NCBI GenBank assembly: GCA_003344405.1
Contig: NOWV01000001.1
Location: 992,001 to 1,056,000, forward strand
Length of the DNA stretch: 64,000 nucleotides
Reading direction: 5' to 3'
Source of the DNA: Trichoplax sp. H2
Taxonomy: Eukaryota
Below the pieces are notes generated by a model. The model worked only from the letters and a program-made list of their open reading frames with translations. It had not been told where the DNA came from and made no database searches. The translations under genes and the position numbers were made by a program. Positions 37,601-50,057 of the stretch are shown piece after piece. The stretch's first letter is position 1, and every line of letters begins with the position of its first letter.

Positions 37601-40600
37601 TAACAGCTATAAAAATTTATTTAGTGGCAAGTAAACAAGAAGACAGTGAATTTTTGATAAATTCGACAATTTTGTTGACGTAATAATCATTCATTATATT
37701 GTTTAATTAATATAATCAAGTATTCAGTTTTTACTTCAAAAGCGATAATTCGCGGCAAATTGTGTCCGGACTTGTCTCTATTAATCAATATGGAATAGTG
37801 ATTTCAGTTGCAGGTCGAGTCAGATTATAAACAATAATAATATATTACGTAGATTATGAAATTAATTAGGAGTAGCTGATATTGTACAGGTACTTACTTA
37901 TTTATTACATTTACGCTAATAAATAAATAAGTAAACGATCATAATTTATATTAAATTTTCTATATTTAGACTACTTCTCGTACAATATTGTACGCATCAA
38001 AATGTACGGTTGATGAAAATTGTATTATCTCAAATTCAAATAGAGTGCCTGTAAAAAATATAATATTAAGCCTTGGAAAATTTTTTAAAACTTTACTTCC
38101 GTGACCAATGACCATCCATCGCAATCGTTTACAGAGTAACTACATATTGTAGTAATTTAATCTAATCAAAGAAACAGCCAGACATAATTTATGATGCTTC
38201 AGGCTGTAACTATCATGACCTTTTACTGATAGCTTTTAGTAAATAAAGATTACTGTAAATGTTGAAATTTAAATGACAATATGTGGTTCCTTCCTGCGAC
38301 TGAAAATTTATTTAACTTTAGACCTTTGCATTTTATTTAATTTATTTGTGTTGGGAAGGTATTATGAGATGAATCTGTTATATAAGTACACCTGCAATGT
38401 AATTCAGTAGGACTTGAATGAAGATATTCACCACAGTTGCAAATGCTTCAATTTAATCATAGTCCACTAATGGATGTTATTAATATAGCAAAGGTAAAGA
38501 TCTACTTTTGTCTATACAATAAGACATGATGACGTAATTCTCATCAAGGTCACCTAGTGTATATTTTGAACTATTAATTTAGTTACAATGTATTGGAGGA
38601 AAGTTTGCTTCAGCTGTTAACAAGGAAGTCGATCAAGGACGTATGTGTGTGATTTGCAAATACAAACATATGGCATCACGATTTATCTTTGCCTAGGGCT
38701 TTCTCATCATTCAAAAAGTGATGCTAATGTTGCAGTGATCGGTGAGGTCAAGAAAATATAACCCGTATATTCTGTATAAAGTATAAAGCAACTACGATGC
38801 AATTTTAAATAATCAACAGCACGGCTTTGTACGTATATGGTATACGACGTAAGTCACACAGATGATACAATGAATGCAGAGTCGTACATGGCTCAATCAG
38901 CTTACCTAGTAAAGAGAGAATTTTCAGATGTCATATGATCCACTTTTATTCAAGGAATATTTTTAATCTTTGCCTCCAAAAATCGATACGAATGCATTCC
39001 TAATCCAAGAATTGCTTCACGAAATAGGGATACTATAAGAGCCCCTAAATATAAGTTGATTTTGAGTAGATTTTAAATCCTCTTCCTTACCCATCTCCTG
39101 CGCGTTAACTCAGTAAAAGTCTGAATTCAGTAGTAACCTGTTCTTAATTAGCAATCTTTCTCCTGGATAAAAATTCATATCACTTTCAGGAGATTATGTA
39201 AAATGTGGATAGTCCGACATCGAATGGTTCCGAGAAAATCGTTTATCTCTACAGTAAAAGATTTCACGGTATCATGAAACAATGATACACAGATTTATCT
39301 CAATTATTTGCTCATCATATCAAAAGATTATCTAAGTCACTCATCAAAGAGTGATTGGTTATCTACTGTACAGTACTGTACTGTACAATGTAAATTAAAA
39401 TTCGCTTCGAATTTTTAGCTAAATGATACTGAATGTGTGATACTACAGCCAAAAAAATAATAGTGTGGAAAATTATCCCGTGACCAAAGTGACGTATTTT
39501 TGTCTAACACGATAAAACCTCTAGCTGCATGCACCTTCACGGATATCGCAAGTCAAGTTTTTCTCCTATCAGTTGTAAGCCACTGACAAATTTATTTTAC
39601 TGATACTTTATATTGGCCAAATCTTCTTTCGTTCAAGACATTGCATAGGTTTAATTTAATTAAACAAGGTCTCTATGGCGCATATTCATACAGAGTATAA
39701 AATGATTTTAGATTAACCTGTAAAGTTTAGGATAGCAAGTGACTTGTAGTGCTTAAATTTGCAAGTTGTATACGATCAGTACGAGTAACACTACGAATTT
39801 GAATCCAGCTGGATAGACATTTTAATTGAACTAGTCAGTGATAACTGAAGATGAATCAATTCGATTTACTATGCGCATATATATACGAAGTAACAAGATT
39901 TTGAACTCATAAACGTAATCGTTTAAATCCGGTCTGATTATTACTGTTTACTGTCAGGATGTGGATTGGAGGAAAACAAGGGTTGAGTAGTTCCGGTTAC
40001 CAGTGAATAGCTTTGAGGATATTTTCCAACAGTATTCACTGTCTGTAAAATTACTGTATGTTCTTATCAAAATAGACACATTAGAACCTCTTTTATATAT
40101 CGAAATACTTATACTTTATTGGTCAGCTTTCCGGGTTAAACGATTGGCTGAAAACATATATATATCGTTTAATACCGTACTGTTATTACATTATTTTGCT
40201 ATTTTAAAGATAAGATTGATATTATTAATATTAATAATACAGTACTTCCAGTAGCTGTTACAATTCGGGTGAGATATTATAGTACAAAATGTTAATAAGG
40301 CGAAAATAAAAGATCATTTAGTTGACATTTGCAGTTAATATATTTTCTATCGGGTGAAAACGTTAAGTTATATTCGTATAATGTCCATAATATGATGTAC
40401 TGCACTGGCAAGTAGACAACAAATACATAAAAACTCCATCTTTTTTGTGTTATCAACAAAGTTCCGCATCGGCGCTACTGTAAATAATGATTACTGCAAT
40501 AAATAATTTGGTAACAAGTATAGCAATTTATAGTTGTTATTACCACTGGATTAGACCGAGTGCAGTACAAGAACTTCCAAAGGACTCTTTGCCCTTAATT

Positions 40601-41225
40601 TAAACATATCCATCTTAAATTTAATCGGTATGTCAACTGGAGTAAAAGTAGTGTGGCTAAAAAATAAGATCGATAGCAGTTAAAAGCAAAGAAAAAAAAA
40701 TAGTACTCACTGCTTTACATGATACTAGCTAAATATACTCGTGGAATCGGGATTAATAAAATTCGAATTTCATGTTTATTAATGCTGAATTCATATGCTG
40801 TAGGATAATCGTATGCCAAGATACTGATCAATCATTATTCTTTGTGAACGGCGTCATACATTAATTATTACAAACGTAGAATGGGCAAAAGAGCCTATTT
40901 TATAAGTTTATCATCGAATAAATCAAAAATATTTACAAAATAAGAGTACGGAATTAATCAGTATCCTGGATCTTCTTAACCAATATAAATATAGTGGATA
41001 AAAGTGGTGCGTTCCGCAACGTTTATGGAGGGATAGTTCTTATGTGCAATCTTCAGTACCACATCCAAACCAAGTAGTCAAGTAGCGTGAATATATTTTT
41101 CAATTAGTACTATCTCTATTCGTGTAACACGAAACTGAGATTCAAATGTTACCAGTTTGGTTCCTATCCATACAGTATACCGTAGTATGGAATGGCATAA
41201 AACTTGTGAACGCTTCGGTAATCTA

Positions 41226-42044
41226 TTATTGTGGCAGTGAAATATGGCAACCAGCACCGACGTGTTGTAAAATTTGTTCTTTTATGGCACAAATTTCTTT
41301 TCGTAAGGTTTCGACAGTAGAAGTTAACTTATTATTTTCGCATTTCAATTCTTTGACCCTATCTTGAAGATCATTCTCTTTTTCTAGCTTTCGTTTACGA
41401 CAGCGTGAAGCAGCCAGTCGATTTCTTTCTCTTTTTCTCTCTTTTTTAACCCATTCCTGTTCTTCTAAATCAATTTGCGGTAACGCATTGGAAGCGACCG
41501 GTACAATCTGGGATTTTTCATCTTTTACGGAAGAATTGGGTAACATGTTGATAGCGTAATTATTATTGGCAAAAGTGTTGGAGCTTTGGGTAACCGCTAT
41601 CATGGGAGTCGAGTTGATAGCATGTTGGGTAGATATACCGCTAGTACGAGTTAAGGGTACCACAACCTGTGCTTCACTGAGGCTTTTTTTCTCGGCGTCA
41701 TAGGCAGTGGCTAATCTTTGGGCGTAATCATTTCGCGTTCCATGCTTACATAAATCCCCATTTAAAAAGCAACCAGAGGGCGTAGGAGTAGTTATGGCGC
41801 CATGTTGCTCGATGATTAAACGTTCCAGTTCTGGTGATGCCAATTGCAGCATGTTTAAATCAGGTGTAGTTAGCGTACATTCGTTATTACTTTTGAGTAA
41901 AGCGGCACTTTTCTTTTTAGGCAAACTTTCTAGGTTCAACTGCATTTTGCCTTTGTCGGTAGCGCCACCTCCGAAACTGAAGTCGTTGCTATACATAACG
42001 TTTTCGTCAGAATACAAGGAGTCACTTGCAGTCCAATGATCCAT
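41226..42044 (-). CDS. JUN: AP-1 transcription factor Jun (bZIP), single coding exon
   Basis: Contains LTTPDLNMLQLASPELERLII and TTPTP, the basic region KKERKRERNRLAASRCRKRKLE, and a leucine zipper ending HVGAGC. Confidence 0.97.
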   Translation of the reverse strand: MDHWTASDSLYSDENVMYSNDFSFGGGATDKGKMQLNLESLPKKKSAALLKSNNECTLTTPDLNMLQLASPELERLIIEQHGAITTPTPSGCFLNGDLCKHGTRNDYAQRLATAYDAEKKSLSEAQVVVPLTRTSGISTQHAINSTPMIAVTQSSNTFANNNYAINMLPNSSVKDEKSQIVPVASNALPQIDLEEQEWVKKERKRERNRLAASRCRKRKLEKENDLQDRVKELKCENNKLTSTVETLRKEICAIKEQILQHVGAGCHISLPQ

Positions 42045-42129
42045 AATAAGAAGAAAATTTCTATAAATTTAAATTTGCGGTTAGAAAGTTCACGATCTAA
42101 ACATCTCTAGCCACATAGGTGCAATAAAA

Positions 42130-42422
42130 TGAGTCATCAATAGTAGTACAAGTCGATCTATCTATCTTCTATCGACGATAACAGGTATAAACGTACAAAC
42201 CTCGAAATAAAGCTAGTACTGTACCAGTGTGTTCAAGCAGTAAATCCAATAGAACATTCGTGTACTTAGATCCTCACCGCAAGATCGGTATGATTCAACT
42301 GAGGTTGTAGCTCGTCTGTCGCGTTTTTATAAGTTCATCCCGTTACTTTTTTTGGAACGGATTCCATTGTGATACCATTAGAGGGCGCTGATTGGTTTAC
42401 CTTTCAACGGGGGTTTACGTCA
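42130..42422 (-). promoter_or_regulatory. JUN proximal promoter: TATA, CCAAT, ATF/CRE-like element and an AP-1 site in the putative 5' UTR
   Basis: Minus-strand TATAAA at 42326-42331, CCAAT at 42391-42395, TGACGTAA at 42415-42422 and TGA(C/G)TCA at 42130-42136. Confidence 0.65.
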
Positions 42423-44367
42423 CCCCAGTCCAGCATAACAGGCTATGTCGCATGCTGACACTACCTGACAATTTCTACTACAGTATGGTAATGTACTATA
42501 CAGTACAGTAGTCTGTCTAGTGCAGCATTTTTAGCAATGGACATTGTTCTTGGTGATTATCATTCTTTCGATTATTTATTATTATTTATTTATTTATTGT
42601 TGCGAGCTGCATACTGTAGCGTAGTAGCGTACAATGTACTTTGCCAGGTGTGAATCAATCGTAGTGTCCAGTATTCCTACTACTGTACAGTATAATGGAC
42701 TGTACACCATGCAGAGCAGTGCACCGTACTGTACTACTGTACTACTCTACGCCACTGGCTGCTGCATTTGTAACCAATGTTTTTGCATATTGTGCTGTAT
42801 TGCTAGTGCCGGCGGGCACTAGTCTAGACCAGGCCATCCGACTAAATTTGAACTTCTTACTGTAAGGGTCTCTAGTTTACAGTACTGCATTGTACTTTAA
42901 AGTAAGACTTTTAAAAAGCCCGACCTCCCGCAGGTGTACAACACAGCTTATCACCCTATAAAATTGTAGCCTGTCCACTAGTCATGACTGCACTGTCACT
43001 CAGTGCTGCACCTGGACATGCTTTTTAAATTGAATTTTCACCTTATAAAGTGCAAAGAATTGAAAAAGGAGTATTTGACAGCACTTTACAGACAATATAA
43101 AACATCTTAATTAGCTAATTAGGATTGATCACTGCACCTTAATACCTGTAATATTTTACATGTCTAAGATCGCGTTAATAATCCGATAGCATTATTGCTA
43201 GGCTCCATTCTGAGAATCTGAGTACACTATACTGTACAGTGTACAGTACTGTACTGTACCCGCTTTCACTCTGTACTGTATACAGTACTGTACCTGTACT
43301 GTTCTGTACAGTACTAGTACGTTGCTGCTCTTAGTTACTCTGGTGAACTTCAAAATTTTAAACAATGCTTTATTATGACGTTTTATTTACCGTTAAAATA
43401 AAAGAAAGAATAGAACAAAAATTAATTAATTAATTATCAGAATAGAACGTCAACGTCAGCGATTGTGACGTCATTCTCACAAGGCTAATACTCTACTTTA
43501 TTACAGCTAAACTACAGTAGTGCAATGTAATTCAGAGTAATTCAGATCGAGATGAGTAGTTTCAGGTAGTTTAAAGTGAGTGAAAGGTAATGTACTTACA
43601 GTTAAAAATACCTAGAAGGTAAAAGGCACCACATGCTGTACTTACAGCTCGTAGAAGAATAGGCATCCCGTCGTTTTTGTGCTTAGGACTGAATTCATAC
43701 GCGCACAATAGCATAAACCCTACTGACTATAGCCTACTACATATGGATATATTACGCTGTTGTGCTACAACTCTCGTTTTTGCATTTTTATTGCCAATAT
43801 TCTCTGTGTAAATCCGCTGTTACGAATCCATACTGACAAGGTATTAAGTATACTGTATATATGCTTTGTCTATTACTGCAATATTTACAGTTTGTTTTTA
43901 TTAGTGTCCCCTCAAATAGTTCTGCGCTACTAACACAAATAGTACTAGAATTATAAAATTGCTGTTTTATTAGAAAGCACTTTACCCCGCCCACTTTTTG
44001 GAATTTTCTGACACTAACCTTTTCATCTGCCTTTTGTGCTATTTTAGGATGTCTTCCATATATGGGCAATAAGATTTGTCGCCTTCTACTAAATAGTACA
44101 GTGTACGTAGACACTTTATATAAGGGTATCATGTTATTGTAGCTTAAAAATAGATTGAAAGTAAAAATATCTACGGGTATTAATAGAATTTATGAGTATA
44201 CAATCGAAAATCGGTAGGCATTTATTTTTAAAATAATATAATTAATGAACACTTCCCCAATACCAATACAAACACACACCATAAATATACTCTTTCTATA
44301 TATATCTACTGCTACGCTCTACCATATGTCGGATTAAAATGGATCAGATAAAAAAAGGGTGTGCCGT

Positions 44368-44640
44368 TGTACAGTACAGTACTTTACTAGTCAGTTACAC
44401 TACAGTACAGTACAGTACATACTGTAACTTTACAGTACTGTAGTGTACTGTACACTGTACTGTACAGTACAGGTAGCACGGGTTGTCTTGTACAGTACTG
44501 TACAGTGCACTACTACAGTGTATAGTACTGTTGGTACGCGTACGCGTGGCTGTGTTGATTTGTGTTACTATAGTAATCCAGCAACATTGCACTTTGTAGC
44601 ATGTACAGTACAGTGTTTATACTGTATTGTATTGCACTGT
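44368..44640. repeat. (ACAGT/ACTGT)n low-complexity tract
   Basis: Dense tacagtacagtac and tactgta runs. These give rise to the spurious Y/C/T/V-rich ORFs 44395 and 44443. Confidence 0.85.
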
Positions 44641-47600
44641 GCTCGGTCTAAGCTGCATTGCTTACTGGGGTTACCTACTGCCAGTAACCACCTTAAGTTA
44701 ATCATCATGCTGCGGACCGGAGACTACAGTTGTACAATGTACAGTCCGCTACTAATTAAAATAAAATGAATAAAAAAAGAAGGAAAAAGAGGGACGGAAG
44801 CGATCGCTCATTTGTAGTAAAATGTGGAGGCCGATTATTTTACTGATCATTTCAACTGTATCGCATGTCTGCAACGGTCGACTATGCTGTCCACGATTGA
44901 CATCCAATTAATCCAAAATAGCTTCTAATTAGAATAGCCGGAAAATTGATTGGCCTCTATATTATTTTGCACTGAAGGCCGCCTTCCGCCCCTTCCTCTC
45001 TTCCTTTATTTTAGTACAGTACTCCCTCCTATGGTACACAATTTTCGCGTAAAAGGGGATAACGGGTAGTAATTTTTACAACAATATATCCACACGTTTT
45101 GCAGTATTTTCCCATATTACTTACAAATACAATATACTTTAAATAGCGTATATGTATAATTTAATTAATTAAATTTAGGTCATCATGAGCTAACTAAAGT
45201 GATTGTGACATGTAGTAGTTTATGACTGCATCTAGAACAAAACGAAAGTATATTATTGTGTTGCTTGAATAATAATACACTAATTTAAAGTACTATTAGA
45301 TAGTTTACATGTATACCAGTGTGCTGCATTGGAGCAGCGCTATACTGTACAATACTATACGGTATAGCGGTTTCGATGTTCTATCATTGAAAGCCGGATC
45401 TGATGTGCGAGCCACTTTAAATGCAATCATATCCAATAGCTATTAAATTATATAACATGAGATCATTCAGTTAGCATTAAATGATGTATTCTATGCTGCA
45501 CCATGCAGCAAGCTTACAATCCCCTGGTGAAATACCTGCCTTATACATTAATGCTATATAATGCAACAGTAATATTTCTACGGACAATCATACCCGGCAG
45601 GCACTAAGTTATACTGCATAGGATAGTTATTAAGCTTATACCTGAGTCATTTAATTTTCGTAATGATGTACGTATTTCATGATATGTAGTAGTTTATCAA
45701 ACCCTTCGTGAAAGATATAGTCTTGTACATGAATCCAATATTAATGTATTTACAGTAGAGATATTGAATATAACGTCTATACATTTCCAGTCGAATCATC
45801 TAACATTAATATATATGTATTAGACGGAAGTAATTAAACATTAGTACATTAAATAAGGCATAAATTAAATTTTATAGTTAAGTAAAATAAAAGCATACAA
45901 TACTGTAAATATGGTAATTTAGGCATCTATCCGATAGTAAAGATTATCTATATACATACAATTGCGAAATCAATGCTATTATAGGGGTAATAGTAACGCG
46001 GTAAAGGCATACGGAGTGAATAATTACTTCGATTGATTCATAGATATGGCAGTCCTGCACATATAATAAGCATTAGAGCCATAAGCTATTCATACCAGTA
46101 TCTACACCACAAAATATAAGGGAATTCATACTTCAGCACTATCACAAACGGGTGGTTTTATTAACTTTTCACTTCAAAGGTTATTTTATGATTCTAATGA
46201 ATCCGTAATGACACTACGTTTCACATTTGCAGTGCAGATCTTTTAGATGTTGGGATATACGTACTCTATCACTTTCGATATTAATAAACTACATACAATA
46301 AAGTTAACGTTTGAATTATTTCGGTATGTTCAAAATTTTAGATTGTTTTGATGCTATAGCATAACATTCTAAGGAGCACTTATTAAGCATTACAATCTAT
46401 ACAAATGCATGCCAACTACATATTTTAATATGACCTGAACGAAGTTAATCAAAATTTAAAAGCAATGAGCTTGTGCTACAAAATAATGGTATATTTTCTT
46501 GTCAATGCTTTTGTAAATTTATTTATATCTTGCTTATAGTGTATTCGTAACATTTCTAAATCATTTAAGGATTTGTGAATCACGGCTAATATTCGTCTAT
46601 TTACAAAAATGTATAGCAGCATAATTCCAACATGCCATCATAGCTGCTAATATGTCAATGCATTACATAATGCTAGCAAATAACTAAAATATCAATCACA
46701 ATATCACATCGTTTAAGAAATTTTTACACATCCGTGTGTATGCATTTGATATTTTAGTATTAGAAATATTTTAAAATTACTATGATTTGTTACTATCGGG
46801 GAAATGATTTAGATAGTAGATCGTCATATTTTCTCAATTTCAACATAATTAGACAAAATATGAAAATGTACTACAGTGCTGTGCTAAACTCGGAGTATAT
46901 AGTAAGTATATGAACATCACTATAAATCATATACCTGATATCGTATACAGTATAAACATCACTAATACATGTTAGTATATAAATTAAGAAAAAGTTTTCC
47001 ATAAACTGAATTGATCACAGAATAAAAACGAACGTCATAGTCTTATAGCTTGCAAGGTGTGATGACTTATTGAGCATTGCTTGGTGTCATCATTTATCGT
47101 ATTTTAGATTTAATTTATTGCTGATCCCGTAACAGCAACGGAGCTTATAGCCACAAAATGATCATATCCATTAGTAATAATGATCTTTAGATGGGTTATT
47201 GGACTATTCACCTGCATCAAATTATTAAGATAAAATTCGTATTAAGTTTCTTATTAAGCACAAACTGAGAAAGCCTTCCAATCTCTTGATAATGATAATG
47301 ATGGCTTCTATTCATGCGAATGTTATGTGAACACTGACTTATTTTTAACAGTGCTTTAGTGAAGTAGCGGAAACGATAGGTAGCCTTTGATAATTACTTA
47401 CCTGTATATTTTCGGTAACATTTTCGTTCTCCTTTCTCTCTATTTCTGATAGAATTCAAAAATTTTTCATATGTTACAATAATATACAAGTAGTTGTAAG
47501 ATATTAAATTTGAGGGCTATTGTGAGATACGATCCTGCACAGTTATCGCATGCATGATTATTCGTATATCCAGAAATTTTTCCTTCATACCTTTAGAACA

Positions 47601-50002
47601 GATTTGCTCAAAGTCAGTAGGCTTGGAATTTATACCCTTGTAGATCTCCAAAGTCTTAACTTAGAAAATAAATATGATTTTACAAATTGTGCTAGTTATA
47701 GTGATACGGCAGTTAATACAATTCCTTAGACTATTTTAAAATCATTACTGTATCACTATATCATTACAATATGATGCTTTGTTGAGAATTACATACGTTC
47801 CTTCACTTTGATATATTGCAATACACAAATCACATTAGAGATACTGCACATATTGGCAATTTTAATAGGGTAAACGAGATTACTACAAACATTGAGGGAA
47901 TTTAAGGGAATTTTGCTAAAAAAGGGCATCAATCTCGTACAAGAACAGTATTCTTTTGTGAGTTGCCTACAAAATGCTTCTTTAGTTATGCAGATTAGTT
48001 ATAATTTCATCTACATTGGTATCGACTTCAGCTCATTTCACAATTATGTGTTAAATAACTTATTTTATTTAGCCCTTTACATACTATTGACTCCTTGAAT
48101 GCTAACAGTATCGGCATTGACTTTCGCAGGGAAGCTAACGATAAATTCTTGCGGATATAAGCCAGTGGTAACCCAAAAGGTTTGCGGATCGCTAGAGATT
48201 CGAGAGAAATATTACATGTAAATAGACAAAGTACCTTTGTGCAGTCATAACCTTTCAAAAATATGCTCTGCTATTGGACAATGCAATTATACATAAGTAT
48301 ATATACATGATTTGCTAATAACTATAATTGTTTACAGTAGATGATTGAACACATACAGTACAGTACAGGATGATATAAAGAATAATTGCGACATAAAATG
48401 CAGTGTAAACTGCGTTGGCTTGCTTTACTAGCATGATAAAAAATTTAGGATTATAACTTCTGTCAATACAAATATTGAATAATTATAATTATTTAGTGTT
48501 TCTTGTAAGTAAACTTATACTAAAAATGAATAGAAAAATTATCTTTTCTTATAATTTGCTGCCACTGTGCATAACTGCACATGAGATCATAAAATCCGAC
48601 CAGTTTGATTAATAGTGTAAATTACATTGCAGAATGAAGTAACAAAATTAAGTATTGAAATAATATTTTAATACTATAGAATAGACTATAAATGCCTTCG
48701 AAATGTGAACAAGAGAATAAGAGGTCCGTGTGACTGTCTGTTTATTATAATCACATTACAACTACACTAAACCGGTAACATCTTGCAATATGTGGTATGC
48801 CACATTCTAGAGATATCTAACTTCTACAGTATGAAGACATAGACGGCTGTGATGATTAGAATTTAAACTGTTTAATACTATATCATTTCAGATTCGTTGA
48901 TGCTTATATCAATAATCAAAAGTTATTACTCTCTGTAATCTGTATCTCAGCACGTAAGGTGACTACTATATGAGGAGATTGAAAATATCCGATAGAACTT
49001 TACTGTTCCGTTTGAATATAAGTTCTAGAAATGACTATCATTGTTTAAAGGTTTATACTTGCACTTTTTAATTGATATGCTATAACATAGCAGATTATTA
49101 TACACAAGTTATCAAATTTTACATAGATATATGAAATAGTAAGTCACTGACTCATTTACTATACTGTTTTCCTCAAGATTTGATTAAATAAACATCTATG
49201 ATATCAAAACTTTGATACTTTATAAATTCAATACGGACATTTATGTCATTAAACTTCATGCTATATCTTTAAAGTTATATTCTAATGGACTGGAATACGT
49301 TCAACGAGTCATACCATGGACTATTGAAATAATGTCTTTAGTAATCTATCGTTATCACTAATATGGCGTACATCGTGCATATACAGTATAACAAGTATGA
49401 CAGTAGTCAGTTGGTTACCATAGTGATTTCTCCATACTAGCACTTAAAATCTACATCCAATTGACCGAAAAATCAAGCAGGATGAAATTGTGTGGAAACT
49501 ACTGTAACATACTCGTATAATCCTTCTTAATACATGCAATATGTTCTAGTCCTGATACCGAATATTTTAAAAATCATCCGGCATTTTCTAATTATAATAA
49601 ATAAAGATAAAAATAGTTAATGCCGTACGAGCTCTATTACAGTAATTTACATTTATCGTATTTGTGCACATGAATGGATAATAAGATCAAAAAAATTGAC
49701 GCACAGAAGGAGTCTGAGATTAGTAGTGTATTTTTGTATTATCATAACTTTAAATTTAGTTTTACCCATCTATCATATTTTCAGGAGGAAAGCCATCATC
49801 ACTGGAAGTGGCTAGAATGACGGATACACCAGCCGACGACAAAGCTAAGTTAGCCATATTGCATGCATCTAATTATTTAATTTGAGCCCGTAGTGTAATA
49901 CTGTACAGTCCACTGTCCTCCTTAAAGGCCTTTTGAAACAGATGTTGAAACGAACAACCAACGACTGGTACAGTACGGTGGCCCATAATACAGCACAAAG
50001 AC

Positions 50003-50057
50003 TTACCTCTTACAGTGTACAGTACTGGTTAACTGCACTGTACACTGTAAGAGGTAA
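50003..50057. repeat. Perfect 21-bp inverted repeat with a 13-nt spacer (hairpin or cruciform)
   Basis: TTACCTCTTACAGTGTACAGT (50003-50023) pairs with ACTGTACACTGTAAGAGGTAA (50037-50057). The spacer contains GTTAAC. Confidence 0.95.

Noticed and set aside
41794-42039. Antisense ORFs over JUN, DNA2, TXNDC15, USP24 and the beta-helix gene
   Set aside because: These are shadow frames of real coding exons with no independent support.
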